26,145 nt of DNA, from the NCBI GenBank assembly GCA_041640595.1, contig JBEPZY010000013.1:1-26145 (forward strand). Reading direction: 5' to 3'. The notes under the pieces were generated by a model that was not told the DNA's origin, searched no databases, and was given only the letters and a program-made list of their open reading frames with translations. The position numbers and the translations under genes were made by a program. The DNA comes from Gemmatales bacterium. GTDB lineage: Bacteria; Planctomycetota; Planctomycetia; Gemmatales; HRBIN36. This document shows positions 1 through 10,041 of the stretch, one piece after another (the first letter of the stretch is position 1; every line of letters begins with the position of its first letter).

Positions 1-126
1 CTCATCCACACCCTCAAAGAGCAGATAGAATACTTGAAGGGCGAGAACGCGTGGCTAAGGGCTAAACTCGACGAGACTCTCGCCCGAATCCCCGCGCTCC
101 CGGCCCCGGCGTCCGCGGGACAGGGA
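1..126. repeat. Terminal direct repeat (left copy), circularisation overlap
   Basis: 1-126 is identical to 26020-26145; 126 bp fits a k-1 overlap for k=127. Confidence 0.95.
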
Positions 127-295
127 CTGAGACTCAGCCGGTGGCAAGCGCTCAAAATCGCGATACTCGGACACTGACAGTGTGTCTGTTAAGTCGAACT
201 AACCGGTGTTAGGCGAGGATGATGGACTTTTGACTAAAAACGAGCTAAGATGTGTCCAACTTTAGGGGCGCAGCTACATGGAAAGGAGGTGCAGC

Positions 296-466
296 ATGGC
301 CAAGAGATGCCCCACATGCAATGGGAAAGGCACAATTAGATGCAAGAATTGTAATGGAAGTGGTAAGACTGGGGACATTCTCACAGGCTACCGCGATTGC
401 AGCCGGTGCGGCGGCCTTGGCGAGCACAGCTGCCCCAATTGTGGTGGTTCTGGAGAGGTTGACTAA
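296..466 (+). CDS. Stand-alone DnaJ-type zinc-finger microprotein (56 aa)
   Basis: Four CxxCxGxG motifs (CPTCNGKG, CKNCNGSG, CSRCGGLG, CPNCGGSG); RBS AAGGAGGT 5 nt before ATG 296. Confidence 0.85.
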   Translation: MAKRCPTCNGKGTIRCKNCNGSGKTGDILTGYRDCSRCGGLGEHSCPNCGGSGEVD

Positions 467-559
467 ATTTGAACTCCTCTAAAAGAGGCAGGAAGCCTGC
501 GCCGCAGAGGGGTAGAGTGCAGTTTGTTCCCCCTTGACTTTGCAACCCCAACCCAATCC

Positions 560-817
560 TCAGATTAGGTTCAATCTCTTCAGATCCTCTTCTCTCCAAC
601 CAGCCTCAAGATAGCTTTTAAGGGTCTTTCTAGGTAAGGTATCGCTCCCTTTGTGGTAATGAACCACTACCATCCGGCCATCAGGATGACTATAGATACG
701 GGCTCCGGTGCGTGTGCTTCTCTTTAATAATAAAAAACCATCCCGTTCGAGAGCCAAGATCAAGTCCCGAACGGGAGTATTGCGCAATAAATGGAGGAGT
801 CGACCTACCTCCTTCAT
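560..817 (-). CDS. hicA: HicA-family toxin
   Basis: 85 aa basic protein with HicA-like LERDGF...IYSHPDGRMVVVHYH...TLKSYL pattern; overlaps the hicB stop codon. Confidence 0.75.
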   Translation of the reverse strand: MKEVGRLLHLLRNTPVRDLILALERDGFLLLKRSTRTGARIYSHPDGRMVVVHYHKGSDTLPRKTLKSYLEAGWREEDLKRLNLI

Positions 818-1057
818 AAACTAACCGCGATAGCTGGGGAAGGGCTGATGGTTACTTTCCCCTCTGCCTCTTTGGGGAGAGGCCTACCTTCCTCAACGAG
901 GACTTCAAGATAGGCCTGAGCTGCCTCCCTAATGCTCTCTAAGGCCTCCTCCTTCGTATATCCCCACGTAGCAACAGCCAGGGAGAGCAGGGATGACGGC
1001 TGACCAGCGACCATCTTTCTCCTGCTCTAACTCTACCTGGAAGAAATAGGTCTTCAT
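814..1057 (-). pseudogene. hicB: HicB-family antitoxin with a +1 frameshift near 973 (real or sequencing error)
   Basis: RBS AAGGAGGAG and ATG 1057 give MKTYFFQVELEQEKDGRWSAVIPALPGC; removing one T continues into ATWGYTKEEALESIREAAQAYLE; span 244 = 3n+1. Confidence 0.85.
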
Positions 1058-1087
1058 CTGCTCCTCCTTTGGCATGTGAGCATTTTC

Positions 1088-1115
1088 AGTATACTCTAAA
1101 AAGGAATCAAGTCAA
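1088..1115 (-). promoter_or_regulatory. sigma70-type promoter for hicBA
   Basis: TTGACT-16-TATACT on the minus strand. Confidence 0.55.
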
Positions 1116-1240
1116 CCTGGCGCTCTTGCCCTGGAGGAGAGCTTGCAAAAGGCCTCCCGTTTGATTTGTAAATACAGGGATCTCAGCCTGCTGTGCAGCT
1201 CCTCGTAGCTCAAGCCGGCCTCATCGAGCTGGGCCTCGAC
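1112..1240 (-). pseudogene. 3' remnant of a small hypothetical gene, homologous to 25181-25378
   Basis: EAQLDEAGLSYEELHSRLRSLYLQIKR aligns with EARLDEEGLSYQELRQRLVDLYRRIKR; the 5' part is replaced by transposase remnant. Confidence 0.65.
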
Positions 1241-1532
1241 GCGGCAACGACGGCGCAGTTGCGCGCGGCGAGGAAGCGACCCTTGATCAGGCGACAAAGC
1301 CGCTAATGCGCGGATGGATGCCAAGCTCTACCATCGGCGCAGTTTGATGGAGACGGTGATCGCGGTGCTCAAGTGCAAGTATGGGGCAGCGGTGAGCAGC
1401 CGGGTCTGGTGGCGACAGTTTCAGGAGCTGGTGATCCGGTGCTTGGTCTACAACGTTGAGCGGGCGGTGAAGCTAGGGATGACCTTCCTTGATAGGCTCT
1501 TGTCCCCTATGCTTATACTTCTTCAAGCATGA
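1241..1532 (+). pseudogene. IS5-family (IS903-like) DDE transposase C-terminal fragment
   Basis: YHRRSLMETVIAVLKCKYG...QFQELVIRCLVYN is a YREK-type motif; the N-terminus is missing. Confidence 0.75.
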
Positions 1533-1590
1533 CGATTTTAAATAATGTTCACAAAGAAAGCAACCCCATTTTCATGCTTTTCTTGCTCAT

Positions 1591-2273
1591 AACTTTAGGT
1601 CAAGAGATTGTTCCCAGGGCCTAGCACCCAGTCAGTGGAGATACTATCCAACACAATCAGCGGCAGCACCGCAAATTCCTTGGGCACCTGCACCCCTAAC
1701 TCCCAAACTTGCGCCACGGACTCACGCCGCCCATCCCTGTGCCGCTATGCTCGCGCTCCACGTTTTGTAATAGTACACCCACTGCGCGGCTCTCTTCAAG
1801 AGCTCCCGCTCATCTGCCATCCCCAGCAGCAGCGGCAGGTAGAACTCCTCGTCGTCGGTGCGATGGCTCCGCTCCACCCGCCCATTGTAGCCCTTCCTCC
1901 CCAGGGAGAAGCGCACCAGTTGCGCTCCTAAGGGCTGAAAGAACCTCTGGTTGAGCCACTCAATCTGCTGCAGGCTCTCCCCACCCCACTCACTGCTTGG
2001 CCTTCGGTCTGGAAGCGGCGCACCCACTGGCGGACCACCTGGCGGCTGGTCTGCCACCGCTGGGCCGTCTGGGCAATGGAGCCGGTAGCAAGATAGGTCT
2101 GCACCAGCTGGAGTCTTGCTTCTGTTTTGTTCATCTTGTACACTTCCTGGTACGATAGCTCCATAGCGTGCATCCTTTCTGGGCCGTTTTCCAAAGTTTA
2201 GCCCGTGAGAGGATGCCCGCTTTCTTGAGAGGGGTCCAGAGCTCCCCCTGGTACCGATCTCTTGGCGCAGGGA
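1591..2273 (-). mobile_element. Internally deleted IS481-like element (HTH plus integrase-core remnant)
   Basis: N-terminal HTH (ARLQLVQTYLATGSIAQTAQRWQTSRQVVRQWVRRF) joined to NGRVERSHRTDDEEFY; imperfect inverted repeats CAAGAGATTGTTCCCAGGG (1601-1619) and CCCTGGTACCGATCTCTTG (about 2246-2264); outer ends are approximate. Confidence 0.75.
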
Positions 2274-2283
2274 CCCCTCGCTC

Positions 2284-2312
2284 TTGACAAGCCAGTACGT
2301 ATATGATATAAT
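2284..2312 (+). promoter_or_regulatory. Consensus sigma70 promoter
   Basis: TTGACA-17-TATAAT upstream of the 2364 gene. Confidence 0.75.
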
Positions 2313-2363
2313 AAAATAATTTGCGTAGCAGCCAGCCGGTCCGCAAAGAAGGAGAGGATCTAG

Positions 2364-2558
2364 GTGCCCAGAATCCCTAAGGAGCTCATGAAGTATGGGC
2401 GGATCACGATTTACGCCGGCAGTGAGAGCCGGAAGGCCAAATTCCTTAAACTCTTGAAGCAAGGGCAAGGCAAGTCCATCTCCCAGCTGATCGAGGAGGC
2501 GGTCACGGAGTTTTTGGAGGCTAGAGGTAAACTGGGAAAGGACGGCAAGTCGCCCTAA
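2364..2558 (+). CDS. Ribbon-helix-helix (CopG-like) DNA-binding protein
   Basis: RITIY...KSISQLIEEAVTEFLE; RBS AGGAGAGG; GTG start. Confidence 0.75.
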   Translation: MPRIPKELMKYGRITIYAGSESRKAKFLKLLKQGQGKSISQLIEEAVTEFLEARGKLGKDGKSP

Positions 2559-2633
2559 AGCGGGAAAAGGGCACAGATTGCGGAGGCAGGGGAGGATGAG
2601 AGAGATGAGAGAGATGGAGGCGGGGTAGCGCAA

Positions 2634-2942
2634 CGGAAACTGAAAAATGCATATGGGACCAGAATTCTCCTGACAGGCCTGTTGCTTTTTTTGCTTGCTT
2701 CTCTTCAGTGCGCGCAAGACCTGCCGGCGGCGCAAGTCATCACCGAAGAAGCCGTCGTCCAGATCGCCGCCTTCAACGGCACCCAATTTCTGAAGGCCGG
2801 TTCAGGCACGATCATCCACCCCAGCGGGCTTATTCTGACCAACTTCCACGTCATCAGCATGGTTAATGCCTCTGATGCGGAGATCCAAAGCAACGAGGAA
2901 ATCAGCGGCAATACAATTACGAACAACCAGGGCATAGGATAG
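2634..2942 (+). pseudogene. Chimeric remnant: trypsin/HtrA-like protease N-part fused to a beta-helix (NosD-like) fragment
   Basis: AVVQI...GSGTIIHPSGLILTNFHVI followed by ISGNTITNNQGIG; catalytic Asp and Ser are absent. Confidence 0.6.
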
Positions 2943-3196
2943 ACGGCAACGCTTTAGGCCCCACTCAGGGGGAACTTCAGATGCATCTGATGCAAGAGAG
3001 GTGTTGCAATGAAGCGCTATTTGGCAGTAAGTTCCGAGGTTGGGGTTCAGGTAGAACCAAGACATCAAGTCTTTACCGACGGTAAGCAAAGGACGGCAAG
3101 GACTATCGACACGCAAAGGTGAGGAAGCCTGTGAAAAGCCAGCAGAGAAGTATCAGAAAGATGAATCTTCAAGCTAAAAGTAGGAGGTGTCCAAAG

Positions 3197-4873
3197 ATGA
3201 AGTTAGTTAGGTTCGTGTCAGTCGTTGTGCTGCTGGCGGCTGTGGGATTGTGGCCCGGCTTCGTAGGGGCTCAGCCGCCTGGCCAAGCCGGAACGGTGCC
3301 CCCCGGGATCATCGTCAAGCCCCCAGGGGAGTCGGAGTTACAAGTCAGCATAAATGTCGGCCAAGCAGTTTACAGAGAGGAAAAGGAGGTCGAGGCAGGG
3401 GGATATATTCGCTTCACTCTCAACAAGCAAGCGGTAGTCTATCTTTTGCTCATTAAGAGTGATGGGGAGGTCCGTCTCCTCTTTCCCAATAAGTTCGTTC
3501 AAGCCAACTTCCTTCTCCCCGGCACATATACCTTCCCTGGCCGGGGGCTGCTGGAGAGCCCCTTTGAGATTCCAGGGCCGGAGGGCATAGCCTATGTGCA
3601 GACGATTGCCACCCCAGTCTCCATCGGGTTGGAGCCTCAGGCTTTCACAGAGGAGTTTCCTCTCCTCGGCAGGGCGCCTGAGGCGGTCAAGACCTGGATA
3701 GAGAGACTCATTGCGGGGAAGCAGCTGCGGCCAGCGGAGTGGACCGCCGCCTGGACCCACTACGAGGTCATCAAGAAGACCACACCCTTCGCAGAGCCGC
3801 CAACCGGCGATCTGACCGTCACGGTGATCGATAAGGAGAAGAGGCAACCGCTGGCGGATGCGAAGGTCTCGGTGGCTGGAAGGCCAGGCCTCGTGTGGAC
3901 TGATGTCCGAGGCGAGGCCCAAGTCCTTTTCCTACCGCCAGGAGATCACCAAGTGAGTGTGGAACGAAACGGTTACAAGCCGGCGATGAAGCCGGTCAGG
4001 ATCGGGAGCGGTCAGCAGAGCACAGAATCGTTCGAGCTCGATCCGGAACCCAGGCGGGCGGTGCTCAAAGCGCCAGCTAAAGCATTTGTAGCGGAGATAA
4101 TTCGCTTCGACGCTAGAGAGTCCTCTGGCCCCATCATCCTCTATGAATGGGTCTTCGATGGCAACTGCACCGGGGATGTGTGCACCATCCAAAAAAGGAC
4201 GCGCCAGCCCTTCGTCGATCATGCCTACGACAAGGCCGGGGTTTATAAGCCCATTGTCATCGTCGTTTTCGAGGATGGGACGACGGCGCGCGGGGAGCTC
4301 CCATCCCCAGGACGGATTACGATTACCCCCAGGCCGGAAGTGCCGGGAGCACCGGGCAGCACCGTTTTGACCAGAACCCCTATTAGCCCAGCGAATCCCA
4401 CCCCTATTGTGAACCCGATCACCATGAGCCTCATTAGTGGTGGGGCGAAGTTCATCGCTGCTAACACTTCGTATCAGGACCATCTCCAGCATGCTAACGT
4501 TGTGGTGCAAGCCGGGCAGCAAGCCACTCTGTTCTTCGATTACCAGATTGAAGCCTTGCCGGACCGGATTGGCCCCGGAAGCGGGGTAGAGATCCAATCC
4601 TTCGTGCTGGTTCGCTTCTTTGACTCAGCCGGCCAAGAACTGGCTCAAGGCCAGGCCTTCACTGTCAATACGAAGGGAGCAGCGGGTTTATGCCAGGCCA
4701 GCGGCACCGGGGGAAGCCAGCGCCCTCCGGTAAGGCAGTGGTTGTTCTGCCAGCAACCGCTCACGGTGCCTCAAAATACGGCCGTTGTGGTCATCGAGGT
4801 TGGGTTAGACATCCCCAAGAATCCAAGTGGCAAGCCCGTGACCATCGCCTACAAGAATCTGGATCTCAAATAA
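3197..4873 (+). CDS. Secreted DUF4384 + carboxypeptidase-regulatory/PEGA-like + PKD domain protein
   Basis: RBS AGGAGGT; signal peptide; IRFTLNKQAVVYLLLIKSDGEVRLLFPN (DUF4384); LPPGDHQVSVERNGY; IRFDARES...YEWVFDG...HAYDKAGVY (PKD). Confidence 0.8.
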   Translation: MKLVRFVSVVVLLAAVGLWPGFVGAQPPGQAGTVPPGIIVKPPGESELQVSINVGQAVYREEKEVEAGGYIRFTLNKQAVVYLLLIKSDGEVRLLFPNKFVQANFLLPGTYTFPGRGLLESPFEIPGPEGIAYVQTIATPVSIGLEPQAFTEEFPLLGRAPEAVKTWIERLIAGKQLRPAEWTAAWTHYEVIKKTTPFAEPPTGDLTVTVIDKEKRQPLADAKVSVAGRPGLVWTDVRGEAQVLFLPPGDHQVSVERNGYKPAMKPVRIGSGQQSTESFELDPEPRRAVLKAPAKAFVAEIIRFDARESSGPIILYEWVFDGNCTGDVCTIQKRTRQPFVDHAYDKAGVYKPIVIVVFEDGTTARGELPSPGRITITPRPEVPGAPGSTVLTRTPISPANPTPIVNPITMSLISGGAKFIAANTSYQDHLQHANVVVQAGQQATLFFDYQIEALPDRIGPGSGVEIQSFVLVRFFDSAGQELAQGQAFTVNTKGAAGLCQASGTGGSQRPPVRQWLFCQQPLTVPQNTAVVVIEVGLDIPKNPSGKPVTIAYKNLDLK

Positions 4874-4919
4874 AGGGGGTGAGGCCCCGCATAGGAAGAT
4901 CAAGCGCGTCAAAAGGAGA

Positions 4920-5583
4920 ATGAGGAAAATGAAGGCTAAATGGCATCTAGCTGTAGCTGTGTTAGGATTATTGTTGTTGGTGTCACCAGGGTCCAGTCAG
5001 TCGGTCGTGGTCCTGTTCGAGATCTTCTTCAGCAAATCCATCGACAGTGGGAAGACCTTCAGCACACCAACTGCGGGGGAGTCAAAGCAGCCAGCTCTAG
5101 GGACGGAAGGGGCGAGGGTCTTCGTGGCTTGGGCAGATAACACCCGCGAACCCTTGCTGAACTCCGACGGGACCACCAACGTCTTCCTGCGGGCCTCGCT
5201 CGACGGCGGCCAGAGCTTCCTCCCTAAGCCGGTGAACGTCTCCACCAGCACGGAATTTGCGCCCGCGGAGCGACCGGCCTTGGTAGTCGACGGCACGACC
5301 ACACCCCCGACCGCCTTTCGCGAGCCGGTTACGCTCGGTTGTCCACAGGGCAAGAAGGTCCTCGTGATGTGGACAGAGGCCTTCGCCGGCACGACGCAGA
5401 TCTTCTCCAACGGCGCCCCTGACTGCGCACACGCTGGACCCCTTCAGCCCCCCGCGGAATCTTTCACAGTCTCCGGAGAAAGCCTCGAAGAATCCAGCCG
5501 TAGCCACGGACGACACAAACACTTCGTGCGCCGGTGAGGCTGAGCTGAAGGAAAGGGCAGAGGAGGCCAACAAGGCCGCTTGA
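4920..5583 (+). pseudogene. Secreted Asp-box (BNR/sialidase-like) repeat protein, frameshifted near 5440 and truncated
   Basis: Signal peptide; Asp boxes SIDSGKTF and SLDGGQSF; removing one C at GGACCCCTT restores the repeat-like PFSPPRNLSQSPEKASKNPAVA. Confidence 0.65.
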
Positions 5584-5608
5584 GAGAATATCAGGGATAG
5601 AAGGGGAG

Positions 5609-8443
5609 ATGAGGCAAAAGCTAAGAAAGGAGGATATAGCGAATATGAAAGCTATAAAAAACAATAAAGAGCAAAGGCATGTTGGAGAAAGAGGAATACG
5701 ATTTTTTAAGGTTTTAGGACTGACAGCTATTTTGCTGTCGGTTCTAGGGCTTGGGACGATCTCCCAAGTGGAAAAGAGCGTGAGCGTAGAAATTCCCGAT
5801 CTGCCAGCCGACTGTACTAAGCAGGGGGCACTGGATCTCACTTGTCAAGTCCCTACGGGAAGCACTTTGAAGTTCACGGTACGAGGTGTGGCCGTGCCCA
5901 GCGATCGGGTTGAACTCTTTGCCGAGGGTCTACCCGCCAATGCCAGCTTCCGTTGTACACCCACATCCCGTTGCTCCGGCACCGGCAGCATTAGTGAAAC
6001 CTTCTCCTTCACACCAACAACGGATCAGGGGGGACGCGCCTTCCTTGTGACTTTTAAAGCCACAGCCTCCGGTCTGACAGACGTCAAGCGGGTGCGCTTT
6101 AATGTCGCACCTCGGGCCAGCTTCCGCACCAACCCCTTCAATGCTCCCGTGAATGCTCCAGTTACCTTCGATGCCTCCAGCTCACTAGCTCTTCCGGGCC
6201 GTCGGATTGAGCGCTACAGCTGGGACTTCGGCGATGGCTCCCGGCCTCAGGAGGTCACTACACCCATAATTCAACACACCTATACGCAGGCTGGGACGTT
6301 CATCGTCCGCCTGACGGTTAGTGACAGCGGCGGGGCTCAAGCCACAGCGAGTGCGACCCTAACCGTCATCCGTCCCGAGGATGTTCAGCGGGTAAGAAAC
6401 AATATCATAAGCACCCTGCCGATCCTCACAGCTCCGGAGCCTGTTACCCTTGATCCCCCTAAGATTCTCGAAAGCATCCAGAAAGGGGAGGTTGTCGAGC
6501 TACCCATCTTGGGGAAGGGCAACCGAGCAGAAGGGGTGCCAGTGCGCCTGGAGCCCAATCCACTGGGAGCAGGCCCCATTGTGACCTTCAAGGGGAGCGC
6601 TACAATCGAGGGTCAGCCCAACAGCGTCGTCCGGCTGACGGTCACCCGGAGCTTCATCAGCGGCTACATCCTGATGGACGGCCTATGGTCCTTCATCGAG
6701 CCGCTGGATCAGTTCCAGATCTCCCCGGCAGGTACCCCCTTCAATCACTTCGTCTATAACGCTACAGGGAATAATTTCAAGCTCGACCTCTCTATGGATG
6801 CGCCCCCGCGAGCTGGAAGTTCTGGCTCGAGCCAGCTTAATAACTACCCGCAAGGAGCTGCTCTACAGGCACTTTCGCACCCACCCAGTTTGGGCTTGCC
6901 TATGCCTCCCAGCGAGCTGGCAATAACGGCAACGGCGGCTCAACAAGCTCCTGAGCCATTCTTTGTCCTTCTGCAACCCCTTTCACTGAAGTTCAAAGCA
7001 GTTGAAAGAGGAAAGAACCCTGAACCCCAGAAGCTCACGATCAAGAACAATCTCGATGGGAGCTTGAGCTGGAGCGTCAGTGCTAAGGACCACGCCGGCC
7101 AGCCGCTCCCTTGGCTCACCCTAACCCCTTCAAGCGGCTCCCTTAGCCCCCGAGGAGGGGAGGCCTCCATCATGGCCTCTATCAACATTGCGGGCTTGTC
7201 CCAAAAGTTCTTCCAAGGGAGGATTACAATCAATGCAGGGGGAGCGAAAAAGGAGCTTGATGTGAGCCTGCTGATCTGTCCCTCCGGGGACGAATGCCTC
7301 CTGGAGCGGGAGCTTCCCATCGCCTTCGTGGTCGATGAAGAGTTCCGCCGCCTTTTCCTCCAGAAGGTGCGCATCACTGCGGAAAAAGGTCAGGAGCAAG
7401 AGATCGAGCGCTGGAAGCTGGAGCCGCAAAGTCTAAGCAATTTCGTTGAAGGCATCTTTGCGTTCACGCAGCCCTGCCTGCCCCAAGGGACCTTCAGACT
7501 TCAGTTCCGCCTCGTCCCCCAAGATCAGAAGGAGCCACCGGTCATCGATGTGCGCGAAACAGACGGCCTGAGGCTGCGAAAGGAGTTGGCTGAAAAGCTC
7601 AGAGGCGAACAGCGCTTTCGAGACGCTTTACTGGTGCACCTACTCACCGGCAAGGACCTCAAGTTGCAAGGCGGACCCCTCTTTGGGGTTGCCTGGCAGG
7701 CTCCACAAGATGAATTACAGGAAGTAGTAGTTGCTGGCTTAGGGACTCCTTATAACCAATCCATCTCCCAGATGGCCCCAGAACCCCCTTACTTAGCGAC
7801 GCTCTACCAGCGAGTCATCTTGATTGCCCATGAGCTGGGCCACTCCTTAGGCGCTGTACATGTGGAGGACATTAAGAAGGTAGAAGAAAGAAAAAGGGAG
7901 CCCATCGCCGTGCCGGAGGAGTGCCTCGGTGATCTAGCCAAGCTCACCTTCCCTGCTGGCAGTACCGTAGCAACCGGTGACTCGGACGTGGGTAACGCCC
8001 TAGTCCCGTTTGACTCAAAAGAGAAATACCTAGACGAGAACAACAACGGGGCTTATGATCCCGAAGAGATCATCTATAGAGACGAGAATGGAGATGGAGG
8101 CGGCACAGTCTCTGCTGAAAAAGACAAGCGATTGAATGGATGCGGACAAGGCTTTCCCGTAGATAATAAAGACCCCAATATTAATAAGGCCCTAAGACCG
8201 TTTGCAACAAGTGAGAAGCACACAGATCAGGGGAACAACCGATATGACCTTGGGGAGAACATCTACAAAGATGTAGACAACGACGGCCGGGTCTCCTCTG
8301 GCGACATCCGGTTAATGGCAGTTGGATCTTTGCTCAAGCCCAACCTCATGTGCAGGGCGTTCACCGGAGACCATCTGCCTGCCTTCGGCTTGCATAATGA
8401 CAGCCTTATCCGCGAAGTCCTTAGACAAAGAATCTCCAAATAA
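5609..8443 (+). CDS. Exported M12B/reprolysin-like zinc metalloprotease with Ig-like, PKD and BACON-like domains and acidic repeats (start may be 5644)
   Basis: HELGHSLGAVH metzincin motif; VTFDASSS...YSWDFGDG...HTYTQAGTF (PKD); PWLTLTPSSGSL (BACON); DENNNGAYD and DVDNDGRVS repeats. Confidence 0.8.
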   Translation: MRQKLRKEDIANMKAIKNNKEQRHVGERGIRFFKVLGLTAILLSVLGLGTISQVEKSVSVEIPDLPADCTKQGALDLTCQVPTGSTLKFTVRGVAVPSDRVELFAEGLPANASFRCTPTSRCSGTGSISETFSFTPTTDQGGRAFLVTFKATASGLTDVKRVRFNVAPRASFRTNPFNAPVNAPVTFDASSSLALPGRRIERYSWDFGDGSRPQEVTTPIIQHTYTQAGTFIVRLTVSDSGGAQATASATLTVIRPEDVQRVRNNIISTLPILTAPEPVTLDPPKILESIQKGEVVELPILGKGNRAEGVPVRLEPNPLGAGPIVTFKGSATIEGQPNSVVRLTVTRSFISGYILMDGLWSFIEPLDQFQISPAGTPFNHFVYNATGNNFKLDLSMDAPPRAGSSGSSQLNNYPQGAALQALSHPPSLGLPMPPSELAITATAAQQAPEPFFVLLQPLSLKFKAVERGKNPEPQKLTIKNNLDGSLSWSVSAKDHAGQPLPWLTLTPSSGSLSPRGGEASIMASINIAGLSQKFFQGRITINAGGAKKELDVSLLICPSGDECLLERELPIAFVVDEEFRRLFLQKVRITAEKGQEQEIERWKLEPQSLSNFVEGIFAFTQPCLPQGTFRLQFRLVPQDQKEPPVIDVRETDGLRLRKELAEKLRGEQRFRDALLVHLLTGKDLKLQGGPLFGVAWQAPQDELQEVVVAGLGTPYNQSISQMAPEPPYLATLYQRVILIAHELGHSLGAVHVEDIKKVEERKREPIAVPEECLGDLAKLTFPAGSTVATGDSDVGNALVPFDSKEKYLDENNNGAYDPEEIIYRDENGDGGGTVSAEKDKRLNGCGQGFPVDNKDPNINKALRPFATSEKHTDQGNNRYDLGENIYKDVDNDGRVSSGDIRLMAVGSLLKPNLMCRAFTGDHLPAFGLHNDSLIREVLRQRISK

Positions 8444-8456
8444 GGGGTGAGAAATC

Positions 8457-9497
8457 ATGAGAGCAAAGAAGAGCGTAATCCTAATCGTAGTGATGCTGTT
8501 GGCGGCCCTTACTGCCTTCAGCACGCTAGCTAAAGTTGGAATTAGATTGACAGTTGAGCCCAAATCGGTAGATGTCGGTAAGGTAGTTACCATCAAGGTT
8601 GAGAATGTGGGGGATGTCCAGCTCACTTACACGCTGGAAGTCACCCGCCCCGACGGCGGTAAGGACACCCTCGCCCAGAACCGCGCCCTGCCTGTCGGTG
8701 CCACTCATTCCTTCTCTTATAAGACGGAGAAAGTAGGAACATATAAGGCGCGGGTGACCTTCGATTCCGCCACTGTGGAGGATACATTTGAGGCGAAATC
8801 TCCGTCACAGCCCCCCAGCTTCCGCGTCTCTGTCGCCGTCGATCGGAGCAGCCCCTGCGAAGGAGAGACGGTCAACATCACGATCAGCGTCCGGAACGTG
8901 GGCAACGGCTCTGGAACAGCAGATCTCGAGCTGCGGATCGATGGCACGCTGCGCCGCAGTTGGAGCCTCCCCTTGGCCCCAGGCGAGCGCACGGAGGTAT
9001 CGGAAAGGGCGTCCTTTAGCCGCGGAAGCCACACGATCGAAGCCCGCGTGTTCTGGCAGGGCACCCGACATGATTCCGACTCCACGACGATCTCCGCCCG
9101 CTCCGGGACCTTCTTTAGGGTCGGCTCCCTCGATGCCCCCAGCCGCGTCTCTCCGAACCAGTCCTTCACTGTCTCCGCTACCATCCGCAACACCGGCTGC
9201 AGCTCCAGTACACAAACGATTCGGTTCTTGGTGGACAACTCCGTCCGGGATAGCCGCCGGATCAGCCTGGCGGCTGGGGAGAGTACCACCGTCTCCTTCG
9301 GCTGGAGCTTCAGCTCCAAGGGCACGTATCGGGTTACCATCGCCTCTGACGACGATTCCAGCTCGACCACCATCGTCGTCAATACGGCAGTACCAAGCGT
9401 GACTGGATGGGGCCTGATCGCCTTGGGAATACTCTTTGCATGGTCCCTTGCCTGGGTGATCCGCAGAAGGGTAGCACATCGGCCTACTAGAGCATAA
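8457..9497 (+). CDS. CARDB/Ig-like repeat surface protein with IPTL-CTERM-like sorting signal
   Basis: Signal peptide; three VxNxG Ig-like modules; C-terminal VPSVTGWGLIAL + TM helix + RRR. Confidence 0.8.
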   Translation: MRAKKSVILIVVMLLAALTAFSTLAKVGIRLTVEPKSVDVGKVVTIKVENVGDVQLTYTLEVTRPDGGKDTLAQNRALPVGATHSFSYKTEKVGTYKARVTFDSATVEDTFEAKSPSQPPSFRVSVAVDRSSPCEGETVNITISVRNVGNGSGTADLELRIDGTLRRSWSLPLAPGERTEVSERASFSRGSHTIEARVFWQGTRHDSDSTTISARSGTFFRVGSLDAPSRVSPNQSFTVSATIRNTGCSSSTQTIRFLVDNSVRDSRRISLAAGESTTVSFGWSFSSKGTYRVTIASDDDSSSTTIVVNTAVPSVTGWGLIALGILFAWSLAWVIRRRVAHRPTRA

Positions 9498-9719
9498 GTG
9501 CAAAGTCAATGGAATGAAAGTGTCTTCCGCGTACAGCTTCTAGTGGGAGGAAAGCTTCTGGAAAAACAGGTTCCAGTTGGTCAAACAGCCGATCCTGAGG
9601 GTGTTCAAGGAAGAATCGAGTCAGCTGTCAAAGCACCTACTCTAACTGAATGGGGTTTAATCGGCTTAAGTATGATTCTAGCAAGCTCCCCGCATAAAGG
9701 TTTAATGAATGAGCAATAA
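9498..9719 (+). pseudogene. Remnant carrying a truncated second IPTL-CTERM-like tail
   Basis: APTLTEWGLIGLSMILAS; no signal peptide and no basic tail. Confidence 0.5.
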
Positions 9720-9858
9720 AGGATGGGAGCAGCAGAAGAAGGGAGCCCCTCTGAATCCCAGGCAAGCTGAGGAGGAACAGGAGAGAGGGGGACTAACTAA
9801 GAGGGGCCGCTTTCTCTTCATGGGCGCTTGACCTGGCTGGCTCTTCTGTTTTGGGGAA

Positions 9859-10041
9859 ATGAAAAGAGGCCCCTCAGCGCCCCTGCGGCAAAAGGCTTCT
9901 CAACATGTTGTGCCTAAACAGAAAGCGGTTGGGATTAAAAAGGCGATATCGGCCAGGCAAGCCCAAAAGATAGCAAGAGAGCTGGGCGTCAAGCTGAGTG
10001 AGCTAAAGAAGGTAAAGGGGCTAAGGATTAAGCGGAGCTAG
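9859..10041 (+). CDS. Small basic protein, C-terminal-half paralog of the 22307 and 22659 genes
   Basis: ISARQAQKIARELGVKLSELKKVKGLRI matches LTLAKAKRIAEKLGKSLEELRKVRGLKI. Confidence 0.6.
   Translation: MKRGPSAPLRQKASQHVVPKQKAVGIKKAISARQAQKIARELGVKLSELKKVKGLRIKRS

Noticed and set aside
1722..2786. 354-aa minus-strand ORF
   Set aside because: Chimeric read-through of antisense DNA into the IS481-like core fragment; it overlaps better-supported genes
3250..9509. Many antisense and alternate-frame ORFs in the surface-protein cluster
   Set aside because: Shadows of long GC-rich genes, with no motifs or RBS
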